Below are positions 27,397-37,680 of a stretch of 48,505 nucleotides of DNA, piece by piece (the stretch's first letter is position 1; each line of letters opens with the position of its first letter). The DNA comes from Nitriliruptorales bacterium (GTDB lineage Bacteria > Actinomycetota > Nitriliruptoria > Nitriliruptorales > JAHWKO01): contig DASZZX010000260.1 of the NCBI GenBank assembly GCA_036260415.1, positions 1 through 48,505 on the forward strand. Direction: 5' to 3'. The position numbers and the translations under genes are program-made. The notes under the pieces are model-generated. The model saw only the letters and a list, made by a program, of their open reading frames with translations, was not told where the DNA came from and made no database searches.

Positions 27397-28152
27397 CTAC
27401 AGCGCCAGGCGACGCAGCACCGGCCGTGGCAGCGCACGGATGACCAGCATGACCCACCGCAGCGCTCCAGGGACCCAGACCACCTCCCGGCGCGAACGGA
27501 GGCCTCCGACGATCGCGTCGGCGACCGCCTCCGCGGTGGTCGAGAGAGGTGCCGGCTCGTGGCCGGCGGTCATCTTCGTGTGGACGAACCCGGGCCGGAC
27601 GGTCAGGACGTTGACCCCGCTGCCGTCGAGCGCGTGCGACAAGCCCTCGGCGAACGCGTCGAGCCCGGCCTTGGACGACCCGTACACCCAGTTGGACGGG
27701 CGAGCGCGCACACCGGCGGCCGAGGACAGGATCACCAGGGCGCCGTGTCCCTGGCGGTACAGCGCCTGCGCCAGCGGCACTCCCACCGAGACGGCGCCGA
27801 CGTAGTTGGTCCGGACCACGTGCAGCGCCGCCCGCGGGTCGCGCGCCGCCACCTCGTGCTCGCCGAGGACGCCGAACGCGAGCACGACCACGTCGAGGTC
27901 ACCGGCGGCGAACCAGCGCTCGACCTGGGCAGGGTGGGCATCGGTGTCCAGAGCATCGAACCCAGCCGTCTCGACCTGCGCACCGGTGCCACGCAGATCG
28001 TGTGCGGCCGCTGCCAGGGCGTCGTTGCGCCGCCCCGCGAGGACCACCCGCCGGGCACCGCTCGCGATCAGCGCCCGGGCGGTGGCGAGCCCGATATCGG
28101 ACGTGCCGCCCACGACGAGCACGGAACGGGCGGAACCCAGGGCGTCGCGCAC
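27397..28152 (-). CDS. dprE2: decaprenylphospho-2'-keto-ribose reductase DprE2 (SDR)
   Basis: Colinear with Rv3791 as I recall it (VLVVGGTSDIGLA, FDALDTDAHP, DVVVLAFGVLG, NYVGAVSVG, YGSSKAGLD, VWVPGALRWVM). GTG 28152 lies 2 nt after the dprE1 stop. Confidence 0.8.
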   Translation of the reverse strand: MRDALGSARSVLVVGGTSDIGLATARALIASGARRVVLAGRRNDALAAAAHDLRGTGAQVETAGFDALDTDAHPAQVERWFAAGDLDVVVLAFGVLGEHEVAARDPRAALHVVRTNYVGAVSVGVPLAQALYRQGHGALVILSSAAGVRARPSNWVYGSSKAGLDAFAEGLSHALDGSGVNVLTVRPGFVHTKMTAGHEPAPLSTTAEAVADAIVGGLRSRREVVWVPGALRWVMLVIRALPRPVLRRLAL

Positions 28153-28154
28153 GG

Positions 28155-29495
28155 CTACAGCTCGAGCCGGCGCGCCAGGTCGGAGCGCAGCACATGGGAC
28201 GGATCCAGGCGGTCGCGGACCGAGCACCACCGGTCCAGGTGCGGGTACATCTCGGGGAGCAGCTCGGGCTTGGTGCGCGCGTCCTTGGCCAGGTAGACGC
28301 GCCCGCCCGCGGCGACGACCTCTCGGTCGAAGGCGTCCAGCAGCGCGCCGAGGCCGTCGGTCGCGATGGGGATGTCGAGCGCCAGGGTCCAGCCCGGCGC
28401 AGGGAAGGACAGCGGGCCCGGGTTGCCTGCGCCGAAGCGCTTGAGCACCGCCAGGAACGATGCCACGCGAGCGTGGGACAGACGGCCCACGATCCGGCGC
28501 AGGGTCTCCTCCGCGCCGAACGGCACCACGAACTGGTACTGCACGAACCCCCGCGGCCCGTACAAGCGGTTCCAGCCGCGCACCCCGTCGAGCGGGTGGA
28601 GGAACGCCGCGAGCGGGACCACCTCGCCCTCACGCCGCTCGGGCGCCTTGCGGAACCAGAACTCGTTGAAGGCGCGCACGGTGAGCGGAGTCAGCAGCCC
28701 GCTCGGCAACCACGGCGGGGCGGTGAGCCGCGCCACCGGGTGAAACGCGAGCGCGTCGCGGGTGCGGTCCCTGGGCAGCTGCTCCAGACTCGCGTGGTCG
28801 CCACGTGTCAACACCGAGCGGCCCAGCCGGGCTCCGGTCGCCAGCAGGTCGATCCACGCCACCGAGTACCGGTACTCGTGGTCGCGGGTCTGCAGCCGCG
28901 TCAGGCAGTCGTCGAGGTCACGGGCACGCTCCGTGTCGACGCGGATCGCGGCGGTCTCGATCGGCTGGAGGTCGAACGTCGCCTCGGTGATCACGCCAGT
29001 CAACCCCATGCCGCCGGCGGTCGCCCAGAAGGCCTCGTCCTTCGGGGTCAGCTCGAACGTGCCCGCCGGAGCGTGCAGGGTGAGCCGGCGCACGTGCTCG
29101 CAGAAGCTGCCGTCACGGTGGTGGTTCTTGCCGTGGATATCGGCCGCGATCGCCCCGCCGACTGTCACGTGCCGCGTGCCGGGGCTGACCCACGGAAACC
29201 AGCCGAGCGGGACGAGGACTCGCATGAGCGTGTCGAGGCTGACCCCCGCGTCCACGGTGGCCGTGCCGGCGGTGAGATCGAGGGCGCGGACACGCGCCAG
29301 CGTGGTCGCGTCCATGACGACCCCGCCGGCGTTCTGCGCCGCGTCGCCGTAGCTGCGTCCGAGTCCGCGTGCGACCACCCCACGCGCCGGGGCATCCTCG
29401 AGCGCGACGTCGACGTCGGCGGCGTCGCGCAGCGCGACGACCGTGGCGCGGGTCGGCGCCGCCCTCCCCCACCCCGTCAGCAGCTCATCCGGCAT
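28155..29495 (-). CDS. dprE1: decaprenylphosphoryl-beta-D-ribose 2'-oxidase DprE1 (FAD)
   Basis: Colinear with Rv3790 as I recall it ([70 protein letters not shown]). ATG 29495 overlaps the upstream gene by 11 nt. Confidence 0.88.
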   Translation of the reverse strand: MPDELLTGWGRAAPTRATVVALRDAADVDVALEDAPARGVVARGLGRSYGDAAQNAGGVVMDATTLARVRALDLTAGTATVDAGVSLDTLMRVLVPLGWFPWVSPGTRHVTVGGAIAADIHGKNHHRDGSFCEHVRRLTLHAPAGTFELTPKDEAFWATAGGMGLTGVITEATFDLQPIETAAIRVDTERARDLDDCLTRLQTRDHEYRYSVAWIDLLATGARLGRSVLTRGDHASLEQLPRDRTRDALAFHPVARLTAPPWLPSGLLTPLTVRAFNEFWFRKAPERREGEVVPLAAFLHPLDGVRGWNRLYGPRGFVQYQFVVPFGAEETLRRIVGRLSHARVASFLAVLKRFGAGNPGPLSFPAPGWTLALDIPIATDGLGALLDAFDREVVAAGGRVYLAKDARTKPELLPEMYPHLDRWCSVRDRLDPSHVLRSDLARRLEL

Positions 29496-30447
29496 AGACG
29501 CCCAGAGCGTAGACACCGGTCCACACGAGCCCCGCGAACTGCAGCGGGCGGTCCCGCGCGACCAGCTCCTCCGGCGCCTCCCCGAACCCGGCCTCCAGCA
29601 GCAGTGCGTACCGTAGGGTCGCGAGCACGAACGGGATGATCGACAGCTCATACCAGATCGCCCCGGCGGAGGATGCCACCGCTTCATCGAACGCCCACAG
29701 GCAGTACGCGAGGATGGTCACCGCGGCGGCGGTCGAACGCACGAAGTGCAGGTAGCCGGCCGAGTAGTACGACAGCACCACCCTCGTCGCTGCTGCCGTC
29801 CCGACGTTGGTCGCCTCGGCATGACGCTTGCCGGTCACCATGAACAGCGAGCCGAACGACGCCACGATCAGGAACCAGCTCGAGATCTCCACCTCGGCAG
29901 CGACCCCGCCGCCGATCGCCCGCAGCACGAAGCCGGCCGCCACCACCACGAGGTCGAGGATCACGACGTGCTTCAGCCGCACGCTGTACGCGAGCATGAT
30001 CGCGACGTACAGGGCGACGACCAGCGCGAACGTGGTGGACAGTAGGAGCCACCCGCTCGCCACCGCGCTCGTCAGGAGGATGGCCCCAAAGCTCGCCGCC
30101 AGGCCCTCCGGCACGGCGCCGGCCGCGACCGGCCGCGTGACCTTGATGGGGTGGTGGCGGTCCCGCTCGGCGTCCAGCGCGTCGTTGACCAGGTAGATGC
30201 CGCTCGCCGCCGCGCACCACACCCCGAACCCGACGAGGACGCGCGCCAGCGGGCCCGGCTCGAGCAGCACACCGGCCGCGCCCGGCGCGGCAAACAGCAG
30301 CAGGTTCTTGGTCCACTGCTTGGGCCGGGCAGCGCGCACGAGAGATGCCAGCAACCGCGGTTCGGATCGGGGCACCGACCGCACCGACCGGTGACGGTGC
30401 TCTTCGAGGCCGCCCTGGATGGACACGCGATCCCCGCTCCGGCCCAT
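29485..30447 (-). CDS. ubiA: decaprenyl-phosphate phosphoribosyltransferase (UbiA superfamily, Rv3806c-type)
   Basis: [13 protein letters not shown]...[26 protein letters not shown] is the UbiA-type Asp-rich motif in the Rv3806c-like context, with multiple TM helices. ATG 30447 is the plausible start; the track ORF extends to 30762. Confidence 0.8.
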   Translation of the reverse strand: MGRSGDRVSIQGGLEEHRHRSVRSVPRSEPRLLASLVRAARPKQWTKNLLLFAAPGAAGVLLEPGPLARVLVGFGVWCAAASGIYLVNDALDAERDRHHPIKVTRPVAAGAVPEGLAASFGAILLTSAVASGWLLLSTTFALVVALYVAIMLAYSVRLKHVVILDLVVVAAGFVLRAIGGGVAAEVEISSWFLIVASFGSLFMVTGKRHAEATNVGTAAATRVVLSYYSAGYLHFVRSTAAAVTILAYCLWAFDEAVASSAGAIWYELSIIPFVLATLRYALLLEAGFGEAPEELVARDRPLQFAGLVWTGVYALGVYAG

Positions 30448-30478
30448 CGCCGCTCCGTGGTTCGGACGGCCAACCCAG

Positions 30479-31090
30479 CTAGCTCGACTGCTTGGCACCG
30501 GTCTCGATGATGACGACCAGCAGGTAGCCCTGGCCCTGGTACTGCTCGAGGTCGAGCCGTCCGGTGTCGCCGCCGGCATCCTGCTGGACGCCCTCGGCGC
30601 TGAACTCCTTGACGTGCCCCGCGACCTGCACGAGGCGGCCGACCTCCAGGTTGAGCTTGGTCGTGTCGATCCCCGCATCGAGGACGGCGAGCAGGCACTC
30701 CAGCTTACCGTCGTGCTCACCCACCTTCGGCAGGCACAGTTCCTCGCCACCCTTGCCCCCACCCATGGCGGTCAGGAAGATGATGCGTTCGCTCTCGGTG
30801 ACCTGAGCGATCTGGCCGGTGAGGATGACGTCCTGACCGATGAAGCTGGGTTGCCCTCCGATCGACCCGGGGTCCGCGGTCTCGAACACCCCTTCACCGG
30901 CGAACGGACCCGTCGGCTCCGCGGTGGGGACGGCGCCCTCGGTGGCGACCTGCCCGACCTCAGCCCCGATATCGGGCTGCTGTTGGCCCTTCTGTTCGCC
31001 ACCTCCGCCGCAGGCGGCCCCGAGGGCCAGTGTCGCCAGCAGAGCGCCCCGCGACAACCAGGTGTGGGAAGCCTCCCTGGGCGCAACCAT
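30479..31090 (-). CDS. putative lipoprotein, unknown function
   Basis: AGGAGG Shine-Dalgarno 6 nt upstream of ATG 31090. The signal peptide has a lipobox-like LALGAAC followed by a Gly/Gln-rich linker. I recognise no family. Confidence 0.6.
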   Translation of the reverse strand: MVAPREASHTWLSRGALLATLALGAACGGGGEQKGQQQPDIGAEVGQVATEGAVPTAEPTGPFAGEGVFETADPGSIGGQPSFIGQDVILTGQIAQVTESERIIFLTAMGGGKGGEELCLPKVGEHDGKLECLLAVLDAGIDTTKLNLEVGRLVQVAGHVKEFSAEGVQQDAGGDTGRLDLEQYQGQGYLLVVIIETGAKQSS

Positions 31091-31270
31091 GTACGGCCTC
31101 CTGAGTCCCGTGGAGTTCCTGGGCGCAGGGCGCCGTCCGCGTGCCCTCCGCGTCGCCAGCCCGAGCGGGCGGACCTTGGTGCGGCATCCTGCCACGTTCA
31201 CGGCACCGTCGTCACCGCCATGACCACGTTGGCGACGGTGATCCGTGGTCGGTCGCGGCATCGTGCACGC

Positions 31271-31684
31271 TCACCGGGAGGTCATCCCGCCGTCGCTCGC
31301 GGCGCGCGGTGAGGTCTCTCGGCCCTGCGCGACGGCGCGGAGCGTGGACAGCAGGACCGGTACCTCGACCGACTTGCGGAGGAGCGCAGCGGCACCCGCC
31401 TGAATCGCGGCCCGGCAGGCGACGTCATGCGGACGGGCCGTAAGGATGACGCAGGCGGTCGTGGGGCTGCTGCGATGGATCTGCCCGACAGCCGTGATCC
31501 CGTCGCCGCCAGGCAGGTCGAGGTCGACGAGCGCCACCGCTGGCTGCGAGTTGGCGGCCATGCGGCCTGCCTCGTCGCCGCGCTCGGCCTGCCCCACGAC
31601 GGCGATGTCGTCCTCCAGCGAGAGCACCGCCGCGAGCGCCTCGCGGTAGCCGGGGTGGTCCTCCACCAGCAACACCGTGATCAC
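31271..31684 (-). CDS. single-domain response regulator (NarL-type receiver, no output domain)
   Basis: VLLVEDH, VALVDLDLPGGDG (phospho-acceptor Asp), CVILTA and LLRKSV (conserved Lys); the protein ends about 17 aa after the receiver domain. GTG 31684 overlaps the upstream stop (GTGA). Confidence 0.8.
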   Translation of the reverse strand: MITVLLVEDHPGYREALAAVLSLEDDIAVVGQAERGDEAGRMAANSQPAVALVDLDLPGGDGITAVGQIHRSSPTTACVILTARPHDVACRAAIQAGAAALLRKSVEVPVLLSTLRAVAQGRETSPRAASDGGMTSR

Positions 31685-34600
31685 GATGTCTCCGATCCGG
31701 CGTGCCCTCCGCGTCGCGCCATGGCCCTCGAGCTGTCCTGGTCGACGACGATGACAGGGCACGGGGCCTGCTGGGAGAGGCGATCCAGATCCTGCGCCGA
31801 CATGAGGGGGTCGACCGGTGAGCCGCCCGGCCGGGACACGATGATGAGATCGGCGTCGCTGCGGACCTGCCCCAGGATCGCATCCACGGGCCGCTGCGAC
31901 GTCGACAGCCCCGTCTCGACCCTGACGCCGAGGGCTCGGGCCTGCTCCACCAGCCGGACGAGCGCCGAACCGACCCGCTGCATTGCGCCGGGATCGAGTT
32001 CCGTGAGCTCGGCGTCCGCGCGCACCCCATCCGCCCGCCCCGAGCCGTCCCCGACGAGTCCGATCGCTGCCACGACGATGTCGTTCTGGGCACGGGCGAT
32101 CGAGAGAGCAGCCTCGACCGCGACGGCGTCCTGTTCTCCTCCCACGATGGCCACCACGATGCGATCGAGCGCGGGTTCCTCGGACGTGCGCTGTTGATGC
32201 TGTTCGCTCGGTGCTCTCGTCCGTCGACTGCTCCCCGCCTCCCCGGTCCTGCGACGGGCATCGTTGTCCGTCTCGTGACCGGAAGGCTCGGAGCGGCTGC
32301 GGCGGGCGTCCGCGGATCGCTGCGGCTCCTGCCCACGGTCCCGGTCCCGCTCCTCACCCTCCTCCATGCGCTGCTTGGTCTGCTCCTCCGCCTCCTCCAG
32401 CTCGGCCTGGGTGCCCCGGTAGACATCGAGTAGCTGCCGCGGGACGCGCTTCAGGCGACGCCACCAGCGCGTCAGCCACCGGCCGCCTGCCCCGTTGTGT
32501 CGCCGCACGAGGAGGTACGGCGTGCGTGCCCGTTGCATGACCTCGTGGCGGACGGTCTGGAGCAGTTCCTGCTGGTTGACCCACCGATCACTCAGTCCCA
32601 GCACGAGGAGGTCGAACTCGTGGGCGCGCTCGACCAGCGCCTCGCTGACGTCGGTCTCGACGACGATCGGCTGTGTGACCACACCCCACCGGTCGGACAG
32701 CTCCGCGGCGCGTTGCTCGAGTTCGTCGGCGCCATCGTCGGTCGCGGGTCCCATCAGGCTGACCTCGGCGCCGGTGGCGGAAGCGAGCCGGACAGCCAGC
32801 TCCAGCCCCGCGTCCTCGTGGAAGCCACCGCCGTAGGGGACCAGGATCCCCGAGTGGTCTCCCAGGTCCAGCGGTGGGGACGTCCTCGGCTCGACGAGCA
32901 CGGCCACGTCCGCCTCCGCGTGGCGCAGGACGTGCCCGACCGGCCCGCCCAACATGCGCTCGCCGAAGACCGCCTGATGGTGACCGAGCACTACGAGGTC
33001 GACCTCACGCCGACGGGCGATGCGCACGATCGTCTCACCGACGTCGCCGGATGGCAGCACGACGGGGACGGCCCGGGAACCGACGTCGTCCACGACCTGC
33101 ACCAGCGGACGCAGCAGGTCGGCGCCCTCCTCGATGAGGTGGTCCTGCACCGAGGGCGCCAGGCTCACCTCGGTCCCGGATGTCTCCACGACGTGGAGGA
33201 TGATGACCTCGACCTCCTCAGGCTCCTCGTGACCATCACCGCTGTGATCGCGACGTTCCAGCAAGGTGGCCGCACGCACGAGCCTCTGTGCGTTGTCGGG
33301 TCGTCCGACCGCGACGAGGGCCCGCCAGGTGGGCGCCGCCTCCCCGTCGCCCTCTCCTTCCTCCTCAGCGGGCTCGGCGCCCGTCTCGTCCGCGATCATC
33401 CTGCGCTGCGCTTCGCGCGAGTAGTAGATCGTCAGAGCCGGCTCGGTCATGAGGGTCGTCACGACCGCCATGATCACCATCATGGCGAAGGCGGTCGACG
33501 GCAGGACCAGCAGCTGCAGGCCGATGTTGAGGATGATGAGCTCGGTCAGCCCCCGGCAGTTGACCAGGACACCCAGCGCTCCGGCTTCCCGCCAACTCAG
33601 ACCGGCGAAGCGGGCGGCCAGCTTCGAGCCACCCCACTTGCCGGCGATCGCCACGGCCAGGATGACCAGCGTCATCAGCCACATCCTGGGCGAGGTGCCG
33701 ATGGCGAAGATGTTGGTCCGGATCCCGCTGAACGTGAAGAAGAACGGCAGCAGGAAGATGACGGAGAAGTCCTCCAGCTTCTGCGTGATCGCCTGCACGA
33801 ACTTGGCGTCGTGCGGCATGATGGCGCCGAACAGGAACGCGCCGAAGATGACGTGGATCTGCAGCTTGTCGGTGACGAGCGCCCAGAAGATCAACAGGAT
33901 GAACAGCACGGCCAGGAAGGTCCCGGACATCTTGCCGCGCCGCTCGTAGTGCTGCGAGACCCGCAGCATCAACGGGCGGACGGCGTAGATCGTGAACAGG
34001 GTGAAGAGCAGCGCGATCCCGATGGTGATCAGCGAGCTCAGGACGCCCGTCGCCCGCGCGATGGTGATGATCACGGCGAGCATGGACCACGCGGTGATGT
34101 CGTCCACCGCGCCGACCGTGAGCGCCACCGTGCCGAGCTGCGTCTTGTACAGCCCCCGGTCGGTGAGGATGCGTGCCAGCACCGGGAAGGCGGTGATGGC
34201 CATGGCCGCGCCCATGAACAGAGCGAAGGCGCTGAACCGCCCGCCCGAGCCGAGGACGGGGTAGAGCCACAGCGAGAGCGCGACGCCCATGATGAAGGGG
34301 GCGATGATGCTGGAGTGGCTCACCCAGATCGCCGCGTGACCGCGGCCACGTATGAGGTTGAAATCGAGCTCCAGACCGACCAGGAACATGTAGAAGATCA
34401 GCCCCAGGTTGGCCAGCACGTCCAGGTACGTCATCAGCTCGATCGGGAACAGGAAGTCGAAGCCCGCCGGCCAGACCTTGCCCAGCAGCGACGGCCCCAA
34501 CATGATGCCGGCGATGATCTCGCCGATGACGTGGGGCTGGTGGACCTTCTTCAGCAGCCCGCCGACGAGGCGGCAGGTGATCAGGATCACGATGGCGGCG

Positions 34601-34869
34601 AGCAGCAGGTGCGGGAGGATCTTGGCGGCGCTCACCATCGCGCGCGGGCCGGCGGCACCGCCGCCCGTCTCTGCCGGCGGGGCCTGCAGCCTGCTCCCCG
34701 CCTTCAACAGGAAGTAGAGGGACAGGACGACGGTGACGATCAGCCCCACGTAGCCGATCGCCAGCACGGTCCGGCCGCCGCCGCCGAACCGCGAGGTGGC
34801 CTCACCGCCGTCCGACGACTGCTCCTCGGCAGCTTCGTCGACGTGGTCCTCGGTGCGGGTCTGGTCCAT
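31681..34869 (-). CDS. CPA2-family cation:proton antiporter fused to three universal-stress-protein (USP)-like domains
   Basis: N-terminal ~430-aa transporter domain (HQPHVIGEIIAGIMLGPSLLG plus about 12 hydrophobic helices). Then USP-like modules (VIILHVVE...VDLVVLGHH; ILVPYGGG...FDLLVLGLSDRW; IVVAIVGGE...ADLIIVSRPG...CPVIVV), separated by a ~100-aa charged, disordered linker. Confidence 0.85.
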   Translation of the reverse strand: MDQTRTEDHVDEAAEEQSSDGGEATSRFGGGGRTVLAIGYVGLIVTVVLSLYFLLKAGSRLQAPPAETGGGAAGPRAMVSAAKILPHLLLAAIVILITCRLVGGLLKKVHQPHVIGEIIAGIMLGPSLLGKVWPAGFDFLFPIELMTYLDVLANLGLIFYMFLVGLELDFNLIRGRGHAAIWVSHSSIIAPFIMGVALSLWLYPVLGSGGRFSAFALFMGAAMAITAFPVLARILTDRGLYKTQLGTVALTVGAVDDITAWSMLAVIITIARATGVLSSLITIGIALLFTLFTIYAVRPLMLRVSQHYERRGKMSGTFLAVLFILLIFWALVTDKLQIHVIFGAFLFGAIMPHDAKFVQAITQKLEDFSVIFLLPFFFTFSGIRTNIFAIGTSPRMWLMTLVILAVAIAGKWGGSKLAARFAGLSWREAGALGVLVNCRGLTELIILNIGLQLLVLPSTAFAMMVIMAVVTTLMTEPALTIYYSREAQRRMIADETGAEPAEEEGEGDGEAAPTWRALVAVGRPDNAQRLVRAATLLERRDHSGDGHEEPEEVEVIILHVVETSGTEVSLAPSVQDHLIEEGADLLRPLVQVVDDVGSRAVPVVLPSGDVGETIVRIARRREVDLVVLGHHQAVFGERMLGGPVGHVLRHAEADVAVLVEPRTSPPLDLGDHSGILVPYGGGFHEDAGLELAVRLASATGAEVSLMGPATDDGADELEQRAAELSDRWGVVTQPIVVETDVSEALVERAHEFDLLVLGLSDRWVNQQELLQTVRHEVMQRARTPYLLVRRHNGAGGRWLTRWWRRLKRVPRQLLDVYRGTQAELEEAEEQTKQRMEEGEERDRDRGQEPQRSADARRSRSEPSGHETDNDARRRTGEAGSSRRTRAPSEQHQQRTSEEPALDRIVVAIVGGEQDAVAVEAALSIARAQNDIVVAAIGLVGDGSGRADGVRADAELTELDPGAMQRVGSALVRLVEQARALGVRVETGLSTSQRPVDAILGQVRSDADLIIVSRPGGSPVDPLMSAQDLDRLSQQAPCPVIVVDQDSSRAMARRGGHAGSETS

Positions 34870-35066
34870 ACAGCTCCGCCGCCGGTCAGCGCCACGAGGT
34901 CGCCGAACATGACCCGAGGCCCCGACGACCTGAGGTCACGAGCCGATCGCGATGGGATCGCCACCCGAAGCTACGACGGATCGAACCCGACCACCTACCG
35001 GTTCACGGGTACGCCGCCGTACCGTCTTGCGGGTAGTGGGCCTCCTGGACGGACGGCGCGAGAACG

Positions 35067-36731
35067 TCAGCCGCTCTCCGCCACGTCGGTCGCGGCAGTG
35101 CTCCCCCAGATGTCGTCGGGCAGCGGGACGTACTGGGGAGGGGGCGTCGAGCAGTCGATCCGCGCGAGCTGTCCGCGAACGGTTTCGATGACGAAGCCCC
35201 GAGCCTGGATCGACTCGAGGTACCAGTCGTTGTAGGCGTAGACGGGCAGGTTCGGCGGTGCCGCGCCGGCGGCATCGCCGAGATCGATCGACTCGCCGCG
35301 GCAGTAGCGGACGATGCGTTCCATGGGTGCAGGTGGCGCGGCGTAGATCCGGAGGGCCTCCTGCTGACCCTCCCCCAGCAGGTAGTAGTTGAAGTAGTGG
35401 TAGTCGGAGGAGAAGACCACGCCACCGTCGCTCATCCGTGCCAGCGCAGAGCGGATCGCCCGGCCGGTCGAGTCCTCGCTGCGGTCGACCACCGCGTGGT
35501 TCGTCATCAGCGCAGCCAGAGGCGCGAGCAGGGCCATCCCGGCCGCCACCAGGCGCGTCTGCGCGGGCAGCACCCCCACCAGCCAGTCGAAGCCGACGGT
35601 CGCCCAGACCACGATCAGGACGTAGGTGAGGATGAAGTACACGAAGACGTCCACGATGGCGTACTCGAGCGCCCACAGCGTCACCGCGCCGCACCAGGCC
35701 CCCAGCAGCAGGTTCGCCGGTCGGCGACCCATCCGGATCGCACCGGCAACGGCCAGCGGGATCACCCACATCAGCGGCTGGTAACGCAGCAGGGTCGCGA
35801 ACATGGGGATGCGCTCAACGATCAGCTCCCAGGGCCCGAACGCCAGCATGTGGTCACGGAAGCCCGTGCCGCTCACGGCCTGCAGCAGGTCGCCGACGCT
35901 GCGGATCGTCACCTCGACGTAGGGGGCGGGAACGAGCGTGCGCCACACGATGTACGCGTAGGGGCCGATCGCGAGCAGTGCGAAGAGCGGCAGCGACCGT
36001 AGGACCTGCCTGCGCACGAGCACCCGCCGGTCGATGCAGGCCACGAAGAGCGCGACGCCCGGTGCGAGCAGCAGCGCGGCGGTCGTGTGCGCGAGGGACA
36101 GCGCGTAGAGCGCCAGAGCCACGACCAGGTCGCGGTCGCGGCGGGTCCTCTCCCACCGGAGCAGGAGCGCAAGCACGCCGACCGCGAACAACGTGGACAG
36201 TGTGTAGACCTCGACGACCACCGCCTGTGACCAGAACGTGCGGGAGAAGCCGACCAGCAGCGCCCCCGCGAGCGCCAGGACCCGCCGCACGTCGAGTGCG
36301 AGCAGGACGAGGAAGGCGACCGCGCAGGCTGCCACGCCGAACACAGCCGACAGCAGGTTCGCCCCGAAGGCGTCCGTGCTCACCGGGAGGATGCGCACCG
36401 CCAGCGCGAGCAACCCAGTGAAGAGCGGGTACCCGGGCTGGTGAGCGGTGCCGAGGACGCGCCCCAGGTACTGGAACTTCGCGGTGTCCGGCGCGTAGCC
36501 GACGTCGCGCAGGAGCGTGGCGTAGTAGACCCCCGCGACGACCACGACGAGCGTCCCGAGCAGCAACCAGGTCACATGACGCGCCGCCCGGCGCGGGATG
36601 ACCGCCACAGCCGCCGACCGGACAACGGGCCAGCGTTCAGCCGACGAGATCACGACGTGCTCCACGTGCTGCGCTCGCCGAACGAGCCTGGGTCCGCCGG
36701 AGAGGGACGCTACTGGGGAGCCGCGTCCCAC
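35067..36731 (-). CDS. DUF2723-family polytopic membrane protein (GT-C-fold glycosyltransferase-like)
   Basis: PDTAKFQYLGRVLGTAHQPGYPLFTGL resembles the DUF2723/TMEM260 signature (..LG.AHPPGYPL..). It has more than 10 hydrophobic helices and a soluble C-terminal domain. The start is uncertain; several in-frame GTGs lie downstream of 36731. Confidence 0.7.
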   Translation of the reverse strand: MGRGSPVASLSGGPRLVRRAQHVEHVVISSAERWPVVRSAAVAVIPRRAARHVTWLLLGTLVVVVAGVYYATLLRDVGYAPDTAKFQYLGRVLGTAHQPGYPLFTGLLALAVRILPVSTDAFGANLLSAVFGVAACAVAFLVLLALDVRRVLALAGALLVGFSRTFWSQAVVVEVYTLSTLFAVGVLALLLRWERTRRDRDLVVALALYALSLAHTTAALLLAPGVALFVACIDRRVLVRRQVLRSLPLFALLAIGPYAYIVWRTLVPAPYVEVTIRSVGDLLQAVSGTGFRDHMLAFGPWELIVERIPMFATLLRYQPLMWVIPLAVAGAIRMGRRPANLLLGAWCGAVTLWALEYAIVDVFVYFILTYVLIVVWATVGFDWLVGVLPAQTRLVAAGMALLAPLAALMTNHAVVDRSEDSTGRAIRSALARMSDGGVVFSSDYHYFNYYLLGEGQQEALRIYAAPPAPMERIVRYCRGESIDLGDAAGAAPPNLPVYAYNDWYLESIQARGFVIETVRGQLARIDCSTPPPQYVPLPDDIWGSTAATDVAESG

Positions 36732-36875
36732 GGTGGTCGAAAGGTCGGTCCGCTTCCGGTTCCCGTCCCGCCCAGCTCGGAGCCGCCAACGCCCCTCCTG
36801 CGCGAGGTGGTCGGTTCACAGCTACCAGGATCCAGGTAGTTCCGCCTACCCCTCGCCGCGTACCCGTCGGCGGGG

Positions 36876-37517
36876 GTGACCGGCCATGCTGGCTGCATGC
36901 CGGTGCCCACGGACGATCGGACCCACCCGGTCGTGGTGGTGCCGCTGCTCATCGCGGTGCTGGCGTTGGGGGAGGATCCCCAGACGGCCCGGATGGCGTT
37001 GCTGACCGCCGCGGGCACGTTCGGCCCGCTAGCGCTGGCCCGGTGGTGGGCACGGCTGGTGGTGACCCGACGGGTCTCGCCGCTGTCCGAGCTGGCGTGG
37101 CTGCTCGTGCCGGCCGCAGCGGTGGGCTGGGCGGCGTTCGCCTGGTCCGTGATGGACTCCTTCCCCGAAACGGTCCAACCTGGCGTCGCCGCCGGCGCGT
37201 GGGCGAGCCTGGCGATGGGCGGGTTGCTCGCGGCGCCGGGACCGTGGACACCGGCCGGTCGGCTGCTCATGCAGCTGTTGGGGCATGCCGAGGACGTTCC
37301 CCCGGCGGTCTGGATGGCCTACGTGTTCGACCGCATCACCCGGGGCCTGCTGATCGCCGCACCGCTCGCGGCGCTGGGGTTCGGGCCGCGAGCCGGCCTG
37401 GCGGCGTGCGCGCTCGCGGTGGTGGCGATCCGGGCTCGTGCCGTGGCGAAGAGCCTCGGATCGGAGCGTGCGGCGGGTCGGGGAACACCGCCGCGTGTGC
37501 AACGGCAAGGGAGCTGA
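36876..37517 (+). CDS. hypothetical membrane protein
   Basis: Four to five hydrophobic helices (VVVVPLLIAVLAL, LAWLLVPAAAVGWAAFAW, GLLIAAPLAALGF) and GC3-rich codons. I recognise no family. A competing antisense ORF exists. Confidence 0.45.
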   Translation: MTGHAGCMPVPTDDRTHPVVVVPLLIAVLALGEDPQTARMALLTAAGTFGPLALARWWARLVVTRRVSPLSELAWLLVPAAAVGWAAFAWSVMDSFPETVQPGVAAGAWASLAMGGLLAAPGPWTPAGRLLMQLLGHAEDVPPAVWMAYVFDRITRGLLIAAPLAALGFGPRAGLAACALAVVAIRARAVAKSLGSERAAGRGTPPRVQRQGS

Positions 37518-37680
37518 TCGCGACGCACTGCTCGCGGCAGTCAGGGTGGCATCGCCATGCCCAGCGGTGCACGTCCCGAACCGGTCCCCCTCTCATGCGG
37601 TTCCTCCGACCCCTCGCTGGGCCGACGGTCGAGGAGTCGCCCTCGGTGTCGGTCGCCCACGCTCGCGGGGAGGGCGGCCC

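Noticed and set aside
25694-29639. Long antisense ORFs 25694-27235 (minus, 513 aa) and 28002-29639 (plus, 545 aa)
   Set aside because: They oppose the histidine kinase and dprE1 respectively. Both of those genes have strong motif support, and the antisense products have none.
34978-34988. tRNA T-arm-like string (GGGTTCGATCC on the minus strand) in the intergenic region upstream of the antiporter gene
   Set aside because: The flanking sequence does not form a T-stem without a mismatch. I could find no acceptor, D or anticodon arm. It is most likely chance, or at best a tiny tRNA-fragment relic.
32497-35235. 912-aa plus-strand ORF
   Set aside because: Antisense to the CPA2::USP antiporter gene (31681-34869), whose transporter and USP motifs are clear. 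The translation is Asp/Arg/Gly/His-rich and not membrane-like.
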